64,000 nt of DNA from an uncultured Acidobacteriota bacterium (GTDB lineage: Bacteria > Acidobacteriota > Thermoanaerobaculia > Multivoradales > UBA5704). Positions 9,271-19,100 of this stretch are shown here, in pieces. The translations under genes were made by a program, and so were the position numbers. The stretch spans positions 416,001 through 480,000 of the forward strand of contig CAVYRF010000002.1 in assembly GCA_963770895.1 (NCBI GenBank), given 5' to 3'. The notes beneath the pieces were generated by a model. It worked only from the letters and a program-made list of their open reading frames with translations. It was not told the origin of the DNA and ran no database searches. Each line of letters starts with the position of its first letter. Within the stretch, counting starts at the first letter, position 1.

Positions 9271-11802
9271 ATGGGAGAATCCCCGGCTCGGCCGGGGTTC
9301 TCCCGGCAACGGGAGCCCGCCTTGCCGGGTTGGAAGCTCATCCTGTACTGCCTGACGGCGCTCGGTTGCATGCAGAGCGCCGTTTGGCTGTTGGCGAGGG
9401 GGCTCCGCCTCAGGCTGGAGCGGCGCGCCGTGCTGCTCGGTCTGGCGCTGCCGCTGGCGATGCTGGCACCGTGGCTTCCCGGCGGCGAAGTCCTGGCGCC
9501 GACCGGCGTGCTCGACGGCGCCCTGCCGGGATTGCAGGCCGACGCCGCGCATCGCACCCACCTGGTGCTGAGCGACGCGATCCTGCAATTCGTGCCGTGG
9601 GAGCTCGAAGTTCGCCGCGCCTTCGGCAGCTTTCGCCTGCCGCTCTGGTCCGACCGCCTCGACGGCGGCAGCTCGCCGTGGCTCAATCCGCAGGCCGCGG
9701 TGCTCTCGCCGATCGCGCTGCTGGCGCGGCCGGCGCCGATCGCCGGCTTCTTCCTCATCTGCCTGGCGCTCAAGATCCTTCTCAGCTGCGAGGGGACGTG
9801 GCTCCTGGCGCGGCGCCTGGGCAGGACGCGTTGGGCGAGCCTCCTGGCGGCGGCCAGCTTCGCCTTGGGCGGCGGGGTGATGTCCTGGGCGCTCTTCCCG
9901 CACAGCGCAACCGTGGCCTGGGTGCCCTGGCTCGCACTGGCGGCCATCGCTCTCACCCGCCACCCGTCGCGGCGCTCGATTGCCACCGGCGGCCTCATCG
10001 TGGCGGCGCTGCTGCTCTCCGGCCATCCCGAGACGGCGGCCGCGGGCGGCCTCTTCGCCGCGGTATGCGGCGTGGGGTTGCGGCGGCGCCGAACCGGTTG
10101 GACACGCAGCCTGTCCGCCGCCTCCGCCGCCGCGCTCCTCGGCCTGGGATTGGCGGCACCCCAAATCGTGCCCTTCGTCGAGGCACTGGCGGATTCGCAG
10201 CGGGCGCGCGACATGGCGGGAGCGCTCATACCGCCGCACGGCTTCCACCTGCTGCAACCCGCGAGCTGGTTCCTGCACGCGTGGTTTCCCTACTTGCGCG
10301 CGCCGATCAATCCACGCGCCTTTGGCCTGCCTTACGACGAGGCAACTTTTCGCGGGCCGCTCAACTGGGTGGATTCGTCGAGCGGCTACACCGGCCTGGT
10401 CGCCTTCGCCGGCGCCGCGGTCGCCCTGCTGGCGATTCGCGACCGCCGGGTGCGCCCGTTCCTCGGCTTCGCCGCGGTGGCGCTCCTCCTCACGGCGGGT
10501 TTTCTGCCGCTGGCGCACCTCCTCTTCCGCATCCCGCTCCTGCGCATCCCGGCCTGGTCACGGCTGGTGCCGGTGACCTGCCTCGCCCTCTCGGTCGCCG
10601 GCGCCTTCGGCTGCGATCTGCTGCTGCGCCCCGGCCGGCGCCGCCTGGGCGTGGCGCTGGCGCTTGGCGCCGCCGCCGCAATCAGCTTGAGCGCCGGCCC
10701 CGTGCCGCAGGTGTTCCTGCTTTGGGGCCTGGTGGCAGCGAGCGCGGCCATCGCCGCCAGCGCCAGCGCCGAAGCTCTCACCGCCAGCCCCAGCGCCAAA
10801 GCCGCCCTCGGACGCGCCGGCCGCGGCGGTGGCAGCCTGACCAATGCCACCGCGCGGCGGCGCTGGGGGGCGCTGCTCCTGCTGGCCGCGGTGGGGCTGG
10901 ACCTGGTTCCCTGGTCCCGGCGTCTGTTGCCGCGCGGACAGCCGGACCTTTTCTTTCCGCCGAACCTGCTGACCGCGCGGCTGCAGCACCTTGCGCCGGC
11001 TGCAACGTGGCGCACCGTGGGCGCGGATCTCCTGGTCTATCCATCGCTCCTGCCGGCCTACGGACTCGCCGACATACGGCCCAACAACGTCATGGCGCCG
11101 GCGCCGCAGCTGCGCGTGCTCGCCGCCGCTTTCGGCTTCGACCCGACCGCGACCAACTATTACGCGGCGTTCCCCCGTTTCGACCATCCCCTGCTGTCTT
11201 TCCTCAACGTGCGGTGCGTCGTGACCCGGCAGCAGCCGCAGGACCCGCGCGCCGCCCGCCTGGTGACGATTCCCGCGCCGAGGCTGCGGCCGTTCACGCT
11301 CCTGCTCAATCCGCGCGCGCTGCCGCGGTGGTTCCTGCCCACGGACGTGGACCTGGTCGAGCCCGCGGCCCTCGACGCCTGGATTGCCCGCATGTCGGAT
11401 CCCGCCCGCGTCGCGGTGTTCCCGGCGGAGGCCCGCGGGCTACGCCTGGCGCCGCGCACCGGACCGCCAGCAGCGGCCCGGTTGCTTCGCTGCGGCTCGG
11501 GCCATCTGGAGCTCGAGGTGCCGGGCCAGGGCGAGCGCCTGCTGGCCACGTCGCTGCCGCTGCCGGCAGGGTGGTCCGCCACGGCGACCGACGGCCGGCG
11601 GTTGCGGCCGCTCACCATCGACGGCGCATTTCTCGGCATCGTCGTCCCCGCCGGCAGCTCGCGCCTCACCCTCGACTTTGCGCCGCCCGGTTTTGGCGTG
11701 GGACTCGCCGGATTTGCCGCCGCCGTGGCCGCGCTCCTGGCCATGGCCGCCGCGCCACGACCTCACCTTGACGCGCCGCGCCCTCTTACAGTGGATACCT
11801 GA
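9271..11802 (+). CDS. YfhO-like polytopic membrane protein (putative GT-C glycosyltransferase)
   Basis: Many TM segments; PLWSDRLDGGSSPWLNPQ, LLSGHPE, and a C-terminal AGWSAT..DG...IDGAFLGIVVPAG..LTLDFAPP pattern typical of YfhO-like proteins. Confidence 0.75.
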   Translation: MGESPARPGFSRQREPALPGWKLILYCLTALGCMQSAVWLLARGLRLRLERRAVLLGLALPLAMLAPWLPGGEVLAPTGVLDGALPGLQADAAHRTHLVLSDAILQFVPWELEVRRAFGSFRLPLWSDRLDGGSSPWLNPQAAVLSPIALLARPAPIAGFFLICLALKILLSCEGTWLLARRLGRTRWASLLAAASFALGGGVMSWALFPHSATVAWVPWLALAAIALTRHPSRRSIATGGLIVAALLLSGHPETAAAGGLFAAVCGVGLRRRRTGWTRSLSAASAAALLGLGLAAPQIVPFVEALADSQRARDMAGALIPPHGFHLLQPASWFLHAWFPYLRAPINPRAFGLPYDEATFRGPLNWVDSSSGYTGLVAFAGAAVALLAIRDRRVRPFLGFAAVALLLTAGFLPLAHLLFRIPLLRIPAWSRLVPVTCLALSVAGAFGCDLLLRPGRRRLGVALALGAAAAISLSAGPVPQVFLLWGLVAASAAIAASASAEALTASPSAKAALGRAGRGGGSLTNATARRRWGALLLLAAVGLDLVPWSRRLLPRGQPDLFFPPNLLTARLQHLAPAATWRTVGADLLVYPSLLPAYGLADIRPNNVMAPAPQLRVLAAAFGFDPTATNYYAAFPRFDHPLLSFLNVRCVVTRQQPQDPRAARLVTIPAPRLRPFTLLLNPRALPRWFLPTDVDLVEPAALDAWIARMSDPARVAVFPAEARGLRLAPRTGPPAAARLLRCGSGHLELEVPGQGERLLATSLPLPAGWSATATDGRRLRPLTIDGAFLGIVVPAGSSRLTLDFAPPGFGVGLAGFAAAVAALLAMAAAPRPHLDAPRPLTVDT

Positions 11803-13135
11803 GCCCGACCTGCTCCCAGAGGAAGTGCCAGCTGGGGGGCTCCAGCCCCTGGTCGCGCGTCATGCTCTGGGTGTGGCGCTCGTAGTCCTTGAGCAGCTCC
11901 GTGACCTTCGCTCGGCCGGCGGCCGTGCGCACGGCCTGGCGCGGGGTGAGGCCGCCCAGGGCGGGCACGGGCTCGTCCGCCCAGTGACGGTAGAGCTCTT
12001 CGTGGACCTCCTGGGAAAGCTGGATCGGCGGCGAAGCCGGTTGCGCGGGTCCCGCCGCCGCCCGCCGCTCCAGGGCCGCCAGCGGATCGGTCAGCTCTCG
12101 CATCCGGTGCACCAGCGCATGGCCGGCGACGCGCTGCAGCCAGGCGGCTCCCTGGTCCGCCCCCTGGCGGGTGGTGGCAAACGCTTCGAGGCGATCGGCC
12201 GTCTTGCCGAGATTGAGGGCGAGCCGCGAGCGCCGCAACGCCGGCCTGCCAGGGCCGCCCTGCTCGAACCACACCCAACCGTGCTCGCGATCGCCCTGGA
12301 CGTCGGGCAGGAGGGCGAGGGCCGCCGCAAGCTGCTCCCAATCCGTGACGTCGTAATGGTCGGTGACCAGGAGCATCGGCTCGCCGGAACCGGCGTCGAC
12401 CATCCTGGGCAGCTCCGCCGGCGGGTCGGTCAGCCGATGCAGCCATGCGGCGATGACCGGCGCGCTCGGCCGGCCGCCGGCGCGCTCGACCTGGCGCACG
12501 GCCCGGCGAAGCGCCGGCAGCTTGTCGCGCTGGATCGAGTACACGGCGCCGCTCACCTGCAGTTCTTCGCCGACCGGGATGAGCCGCGCGCCGAGGATCT
12601 CCCAGCGGTCCAGGCTTTGCGACGCTGAGCGCTCGCGGACCCACAGCCGCGGCGACCTGGCGGCGAAGGCGTCCCGGACCCATAGCCCCTCACCGGGCAC
12701 CACGTCCTGCACCTCGTAAACCCGCAGTGGATGAGCGGCCAGGGCCTCGATCCATCGCCGCACCTCAGCCACGAACAGCGGCCCACCGGAACCCAGCACC
12801 AGGTCCACGATGCGCCGGGGCTCTCCGCGCGCCACCACCGTGCCCTCGGCAAGCAACCATTCGTTGAGATTGCTCTGGACCATGGCAAGCAGCTCCTCCG
12901 GCAGCTCCGCCAGGCGGCCCTTCCGCTCGTCGCTCTGATCGCCCTCGTCGATCGCGGCGAAAAATTCACCGACGGCACGCCCCAACGCCTTGCGGTGGCG
13001 CTGCCCGAGCCACTCGATCGCCACGGCGACCCCGTCGCCGCGCGATTGCGACCTGCGCTCTTCGTGCCGCAGGCAGCAGTGCTTGTACTTCTTGCCGCTG
13101 CCACAGGGGCAGGGTTCGTTGCGGCCGATCCTCAT
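11786..13135 (-). CDS. SEC-C motif protein with a C-terminal MbcA/ParS/Xre-like helical domain
   Basis: GRNEPCPCGSGKKYKHCC at the N-terminus; HWADEPVPALGGLTPRQAV...KVTELL at the C-terminus. Confidence 0.8.
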   Translation of the reverse strand: MRIGRNEPCPCGSGKKYKHCCLRHEERRSQSRGDGVAVAIEWLGQRHRKALGRAVGEFFAAIDEGDQSDERKGRLAELPEELLAMVQSNLNEWLLAEGTVVARGEPRRIVDLVLGSGGPLFVAEVRRWIEALAAHPLRVYEVQDVVPGEGLWVRDAFAARSPRLWVRERSASQSLDRWEILGARLIPVGEELQVSGAVYSIQRDKLPALRRAVRQVERAGGRPSAPVIAAWLHRLTDPPAELPRMVDAGSGEPMLLVTDHYDVTDWEQLAAALALLPDVQGDREHGWVWFEQGGPGRPALRRSRLALNLGKTADRLEAFATTRQGADQGAAWLQRVAGHALVHRMRELTDPLAALERRAAAGPAQPASPPIQLSQEVHEELYRHWADEPVPALGGLTPRQAVRTAAGRAKVTELLKDYERHTQSMTRDQGLEPPSWHFLWEQVGLRYPL

Positions 13136-13142
13136 GCGGGGG

Positions 13143-13490
13143 TTAGGAAGCCGAGGAGGCGGCCAGCGGCTCGACCTGGACCGCGGTGCCGTAGCACAGG
13201 ACTTCGGTGACGCCGTTCATGACTTCGTTGGCGTCGTAGCGCATGCCGATGATGGCGTTGGCGCCGTGGCGCTCGGCGTGCTGGACCATGAGGTCGTAGG
13301 CTTCGGCGCGCGTTTTTTCGCACAGCTCGATAAACAGGGTGATGTTGCCGCCGACCAGGGTCTGCAGGGTGCCGCCCAGAGTGCCCAGGATGGAGCGCGA
13401 GCGGACCGTGATGCCGCGGACGATGCCGATGGTGTGGACGGTTTTGTAGCCGTCGATCTGCAGGCCGGTGGTGACCATGCCGTGGTTCAT
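13143..13490 (-). CDS. YbjQ/UPF0145 family protein
   Basis: MVTTGLQIDGY...GIVRGITVRSR...GANAIIGMRYD...EVLCYGTAV; AGGAG RBS before ATG 13490. Confidence 0.9.
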   Translation of the reverse strand: MNHGMVTTGLQIDGYKTVHTIGIVRGITVRSRSILGTLGGTLQTLVGGNITLFIELCEKTRAEAYDLMVQHAERHGANAIIGMRYDANEVMNGVTEVLCYGTAVQVEPLAASSAS

Positions 13491-13528
13491 TGTGTGCTCC
13501 TGTCCCCCGCGCACTGGCGCGGCGGCGG

Positions 13529-13982
13529 TCAGACTTCGTTCGAGTCGCAGCCGGCCTCGGGCCGCGGCAGGTGAGCCTCGCGAGCGCGCGCCTGGTGCTC
13601 GACGCGATAGGCGTCCCGCTTGGGGCCGCCGTGGCTCTCGTCGTCCGAGGCGAGGTTGAATTTGTGCAGGAAGCGGTGGATCACAGGCGCGAACAGCACC
13701 CCCGCGAGCACCAGAAAGCCGATCCCCGAAAACAGCGCGTACGCCGACGCGAACAGCTTGCCGGCAACGGTATGCAGCTCGCCGACCGGTCCCATGCCGC
13801 CCAGGATCATCGACGCGTTGAGCAGCGAATCGAACGTAGGACATCCCTTCCAGCTGGCGGTAGCCGACCACCCCGACCAGCAGCGAGCCGGCGACAAAGG
13901 CCAGCGCGAACATCGTGTGCCGCAGCATCCGTCGCGCGAAAACTCGCCGCGACGCAAGTTCGTCCCATTTGCGCTCGAACAT
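13529..13982 (-). pseudogene. Small two-TM (ion-channel pore-like) membrane protein gene with a +1 frameshift at ~13833
   Basis: One frame reads MFERKW...GVVGYRQLEGMSY, another continues DSLLNASMILGGMGP...GKLFASAYALFSG...HRFLHKF. Removing one base at 13833/13834 gives EGMSYVDSLLNASM and a ~150-aa ORF. Could be a sequencing error. Confidence 0.75.
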
Positions 13983-14024
13983 GACCCGGTCATTGTATCC
14001 GGGTCCGCCAACCCCCAGGCGCCC

Positions 14025-14279
14025 CGTCGCAGCGGCACGACCCGGCACAGCGCCCCCGTCGCAGCGACACGACACAACACCCCTCACCGTCGTAGCGGCA
14101 CCACCCGGCACCACGCACCCGTCGCAGCGGCACCACCCGGCACCGCGCGCTCGTCATTGCGGCACGACTCGACACCACGCGCTCGTCGCAGCGGCACGAC
14201 CCGACACCACGCGCTCGTCGCAGCGGCACGACCCGACACCGCGCACCCATCGCAGCGACACCACTCGGCACCGCGCACC
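14025..14279. repeat. Tandem repeat, 8 x ~32 bp (consensus CGTCGCAGCGGCACGACCCGRCACCRCGCRCY)
   Basis: Units counted by eye: 32, 31, then six of 32 bp; contiguous with no spacers; intergenic. Confidence 0.9.
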
Positions 14280-14472
14280 CCTGCGACCCGCAAAGCCGGC
14301 GACCTGTCCCGCGACCGGGCCGTGCGCCCTTTTTTTGCCCACGACCGGTATTGCCCTCCACGGCGACCTTGCTTCGCGGAACCCGTCGAACCGCCATGCC
14401 ATCCGCAGCGACCCTGCGCCGGCCCGCCACCTTCACCCGGCGGCCAGTCACCACCGCCAGCCGCCACCGCTT

Positions 14473-14498
14473 GGAACTTCTGCCCGCAGCGGCACGTA
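14473..14498 (+). promoter_or_regulatory. ECF-sigma-type promoter GGAAC-N17-CGTA
   Basis: GGAAC at 14473-14477, 17-nt spacer, CGTA at 14495-14498, pointing toward the ABC/M1 operon. Confidence 0.5.
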
Positions 14499-14539
14499 AT
14501 GGTCCTGGGGGCCGCCCGCGACCGTTCGCGGTGGCAAGC

Positions 14540-15194
14540 GGCCTGTCCTGGAGAATTCGAGCGGCTGGCGCCGCCATTCGGCGGCGCGGGTCAGGCGCGC
14601 CGACGCACGCATCGTCGAAACAATGGCGAGCGGGCGGCCAGAGCCACCGCCTGGCTTGGCACTCCCGGCAGGCCGGCAGGGCTGCCGCCTGGCCCGACAC
14701 GTGCGACAGGTCGGCCGGGTCTGTCGCCGAGCCCGGCACTCCCTGCAGGGGAGCTGAGACTGCCCCTTGGCCCGGCAGGGGAGCAGGGGCTGCCGGCTGG
14801 CCCGGCACTCCCGGCAGGGAGGCAGGGGCCACCGCCTGGCCCGGCACGCCGGCAAGGAAATCGGGGCTGTCGCCTAGCCCGGCATTCCCGGCAGGGAAGC
14901 CGGGGCTGTCGCCGGTCACGGCACTCCCGGCAGGGAGGCAGGGGCCCACCGCCTGGCCCGGCACGCCCGGCAAGGAAATCGGGGCTGTCGCCTGGCCCAG
15001 CATTCCCGGCAGGGAAGCCGGGGTTGTCGCCTGGCCCGGCACTCCCGGCAGGGAAGTCGCGGCTGTCGCCGGTCCCGGCATTCCCGGCAGGGAGGCCGCG
15101 GCTGTCGCCGGTCCCGGCACGCCCGGCAGGGCGCAAGCCGCACCCGCCGTCGGGGGCGAGCCAGGAGCTTTCGATGCGAGCAGGACAGGCCACT
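14540..15194 (+). mobile_element. MITE/REP-like element copy 1, interrupted by a 39-bp tandem array
   Basis: Ends GGCCTGTCCTG (14540-14550) and CAGGACAGGCC (15181-15191); 14540-14637 and 15130-15194 align with the reverse complement of 54908-55075. Confidence 0.75.
14658..15130. repeat. Tandem repeat, ~12.5 x 39 bp (consensus GGCACTCCCGGCAGGGAAGCCGGGGCTGTCGCCTGGCCC)
   Basis: Unit lengths 38,39,39,30,39,38,39,40,39,39,39,39 plus a partial unit; units 5-7 recur as units 8-10. Confidence 0.9.
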
Positions 15195-15209
15195 GACGAG
15201 GAGCTGGGC

Positions 15210-16169
15210 ATGCTGAGCATCCGCGAGTTGGTGAAGATCCATCCGGGGCCGGTCACGGCGCTGGCGGGCGTCGACCTGGACGTGGGCGGGGGGATGTTCG
15301 GCCTGCTGGGGCCCAACGGGGCGGGCAAGACGACGCTGATGCGCATCCTGGCCGGGCTGCTGCAGCCGACGTCGGGCCGCGTCACCCTGGATGGCCAGGA
15401 CGTGGTCGCCGACCCCCGCCGCATGCGCGAACAGCTGGGTTACCTGCCGCAGGAGTTCGGCTTCTATCCCCACCTGAGCGGCGAAAAGATGCTGCTCTAC
15501 CTGCTGCGCCTGAAAGGGGTCGAGGCGCCCGGCGGTCTGCCGCGCCTGGCCGGCGAGCTCCTCGAGCGGGTCAACCTGACGGCCGCCGCCAAACGCAAGG
15601 TCAAGACCTATTCGGGCGGCATGCGGCAGCGGCTGGGCATCGCCCAGGCGATCGCCGGCGATCCGCACGTGGTGATCGTCGACGAACCCACCGCCGGCCT
15701 CGACCCCGAAGAGCGCATGCGCTTCTACCGGCTGCTCACCGAGCTGGCCGCCGACCGCATCGTGCTGCTTTCGACCCACATCGTCGAGGACGTGGCGGTG
15801 CTCTGCCCGCGCTTCGCCATCCTCCGCCGCGGCCGGGTGGTCGCCGAGACGACGCCCAGCGCCGCCCGCGCCGCGATCGAAGGCAGCATCTTCGAGGGCA
15901 CCGTGGCAAGCAGCGACCTGGCGGCCCTGCACCGCCAGCACCACGTCATCCAGGCCGTGCTGGTCGAAGGCGAAAATCGCGTGCGCATCCACGTCCCGCC
16001 CGGCGCCGGCCGGGAGCTGCCGGCAACGGCGGGCCGGGAAACCACCGCGGCCGGCCAGCCGGGAGCGCCACAACGGCCGCCAGCCCCCACCGCGGACCTA
16101 GCGGGCTTCCGGCCCGCGCCGGCGACGCTGGAGGACGCCTACCTGCTGCAGATGGGCGCCGCGCAATGA
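15210..16169 (+). CDS. ABC transporter ATP-binding protein
   Basis: GPNGAGKTT, YSGGMRQR, IVDEPTAGLD, LSTH; GAGGAG RBS before ATG 15210. Confidence 0.93.
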   Translation: MLSIRELVKIHPGPVTALAGVDLDVGGGMFGLLGPNGAGKTTLMRILAGLLQPTSGRVTLDGQDVVADPRRMREQLGYLPQEFGFYPHLSGEKMLLYLLRLKGVEAPGGLPRLAGELLERVNLTAAAKRKVKTYSGGMRQRLGIAQAIAGDPHVVIVDEPTAGLDPEERMRFYRLLTELAADRIVLLSTHIVEDVAVLCPRFAILRRGRVVAETTPSAARAAIEGSIFEGTVASSDLAALHRQHHVIQAVLVEGENRVRIHVPPGAGRELPATAGRETTAAGQPGAPQRPPAPTADLAGFRPAPATLEDAYLLQMGAAQ

Positions 16170-19100
16170 ACGGCGCAACGGACCTCGGAAGCCGTTCCGC
16201 GCCGCCGGGCGCGGAGGCGGCCCCCGCTCAGCCACCAGCGCCCGGCGAGCACGGCGGCCGCCATCGACGGCCTGCGGCAGCCGGCGACAGGAGCGACAGC
16301 GGCGGCGGCGGCCTTCGCCGCTTTCGGCTGGTCGCCGGCCTGGAGCTGGCGGAGGCAGCGCGGCGGCCGATGTTCTGGCTGTGGGCGGCGCTGATGGCGG
16401 GCAACGCGTGGCTGATGTCGCGCGGCATCTGGATCTACCGCTCGGTCGATACCTCGCTCGGCAGCCCCCGCGCCTGGGCCGATTCGGAGTTCCAGGTGGC
16501 GTTCGTGCTGCCGCTGCTGTCGTTCCTCATGGTTTCGTTCTTCGTCGCGGTGGCGGCGGGGTTGCCGGTCCTGCGCGACAACGAGCGCAAGGTGGGGGCG
16601 TTGCTGGCGGCGACGCCGCTGTCGGCCGGCGAATACATCTGGGGCAAGTTCGCCGGCGTCCTGGGCGCCTGCCTGGCGGCGGTCGCGACACTGCTGGGCT
16701 TCCTGCTGCTGTTCATGTACGCGCTGCCCGACGCCGCGACGCCCGAGATCTACGGCCCCTTCACCCTGGCGGCCACCCTGCGGCCGCTCGTGTTGCTGAT
16801 GCTGCCGGGGCTGATCTTCCTGGCCGGCGCCGCCTTCCTGCTGGGCCAGGCGACCGGCAAACCGATCGTCGTGTTCCTGCTGCCGGTCGCGCTGGTGCCG
16901 TTTCTGCAGAGCTTCGTGTGGGCCTGGTTCCCGGCCGATCTCAGCCCCGCGGCCGCGGCGGCGCTGCGCTACCTCGATCCTTCGGGCTTCCGCTGGCTGA
17001 AGGAGACCTGGCTGCGGGTCGATCGCGGCATCGCCTTTTACAACACCCATCCGATCGCCTACGACCTGCCCTTTGTCGCCAGCCGCATCGCCTTCGTCGC
17101 CGCCGGTCTGCTCCTGGTCGACGTCGCGCGCCGCCACTTCAGCCGCCAGGGCGCGGACCGCGCCCGCCGCAGGGGGCCGCTGGCACGCGGCTCTTCGCTG
17201 GCGCACGGCGCCCCGCCGGCGGTGCTGGCGACGCTGGTGGAGGTGCCAATGCCGCTGCTGGCGCCGGCGCGCGATCTATCCGGCGCGGTCGACGCCACGC
17301 TGGCCGGCCTGGCGATGCGCAGCCGGCCCACCGGCGTGCTGCGCGGCATCGCCGCGGTGGCGCGCTTCGAGCTGGCGGAGCTGGTCGCCCAGCCGGGGCT
17401 GTACATCTTCCTGCCCGCGGTGCTGCTGTTTCTGGGCATCGACTTCGCGAGCACCCACCCGCCGATCGACACCCGCACCCTGCTGACCCCCGGCACCGCC
17501 GCGGTCGGCGCCCTCGCCGTGCTGGCGCCCTGGATCTGCCTCCTGCTGCTCTTCTCCACCGTCGAGTCGCTGCAACGCGAGCGCAGCACGCGGCTGGCGC
17601 CGATCCTGTACGCGACGCCGGTGCCGACGGCGGCGATCCTTGCCGGCAAGGCGCTGGCCGAGGGCGCCATGGTGGCGGCCTGCCTGGCGGCGAGCTTCCT
17701 GCTGTGCGCCTGGATCATGCTGGCGCAGGGGCAGGTGCACATCCAGCTGTGGCCGTTCGTGCTGGTGTGGGGGCTGCTGCTCACGCCCACCCTGCTGGCC
17801 TTCACCGCCTTCGTCATCGCCGTCTTCGCCGTCACCGACAGCCGCTATCTAACCTACGGCATCGGCCTTACCGTGCTGATCGCCACCTTTGCCGCCTACC
17901 TGTACGGCCACCTCAACTGGGTGTGCAACTGGCTCCTGATCGACGCCTTGCGCTGGAGCGACATGGGGACGTTCGAGCTGGACCGCCGCGCCCTGTGGCT
18001 GAACCGCCTCGAGGTCCTGGCCCTGGTGCCCCCGCTCGCCCTGGCGGCGGAACGGTGGTTTCGCCGCCGCGAAGCCGACCGCCTTGCCGGCAGCGGCGCC
18101 CCGCCGGCGGCTGCGGACACGCCGCCCGCGGCCGTCGCCCCATCCGCCCCCGGCGATGGCAGCGCCCAGCCGGCGCTCCGCTCCCAACCCCGGTCCCGGA
18201 CCCGGCCCGGCATCCGGCCCAGCCGTCCCCTGCCGCTGCTCGCCGCGGCCACGGTGCCCGCGGTCGCGCTCGGCCTGGCCCTGCTGGTCGCGGTCGAGCA
18301 GGGTTTCGACGGCGGCATCGCCCGCCGCCGCCACAAGGACTACTGGCGCCAGAACGTGGCGACGTGGATGGACGCACCGCTGCCCTACGTCACCCACGTC
18401 GACCTGGACCTGGAGATGGAGCCGGCGCGGCGCTGGTTCCGCGTGCGCGGCGCCTACGACCTCACCAACCGCAAGGCGGCGCCCATCCCCTGGTTTCCGG
18501 TGACCGGCGGCATCGCCTGGAAACACCTGTCGTGGACCCTGGACGGGCGACCCTATCAACCGTACCAGCGCGACCCGGCCGACCCGACCGGCATGTTCGA
18601 GGTGCGCCAGCCGATCGCCCCAGGGGCGACGCGGCGCCTGGGCTTCCAGTACGAAGCGACCTTCCTGCCTGGCGTCTCCCGCGCCGGCGGCGCGCTGCCG
18701 CTGGGCGAGTTCATGCTGCCTTCGGGGGTGCTGGTCACCGGCCGCAACCCCGACTTCGTGCCGATCCTCGGTTTCAAGAAGGACGTCGGCATCGACGACG
18801 ACAACCGTTTCGAACCGCGCCGCTACCCGCCCGACTTCTGGCGCTCCGACCTGGATGCGTCGCTCGACCGCTCCGCCTTCACCAGCCGCCTGCGCATCAC
18901 CGCGCCGGCGGAATACACCGTCAACTCGACCGGCATCCTGACCGGCCAGACCCTGCACGACGGCCGCCGCACCTGGCAGTGGGACAGCGACTATCCGCTG
19001 CGCGTATTCAACGTCGCCGCGGGCCGCTGGGCGGTGGCGCGCGGCCAGGGCACGGCGGTGTACTACCATCCCGGCCACCCCTGGAACGTCCCCAGCCTGC

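Noticed and set aside
13143-14114. 323-aa ORF as a membrane-YbjQ fusion
   Set aside because: Produced by the +1 frameshift at ~13833; ybjQ has its own RBS and ATG at 13490.
14025-15130. The 32-bp and 39-bp arrays as CRISPR arrays
   Set aside because: Units are contiguous and degenerate with no unique spacers, and there are no cas genes in the window.
13620-16169. 849-aa ORF as a repeat-containing ABC ATPase
   Set aside because: The upstream part is the antisense of a gene plus stop-poor GC-rich repeats with non-triplet units; a good RBS and ATG exist at 15210.
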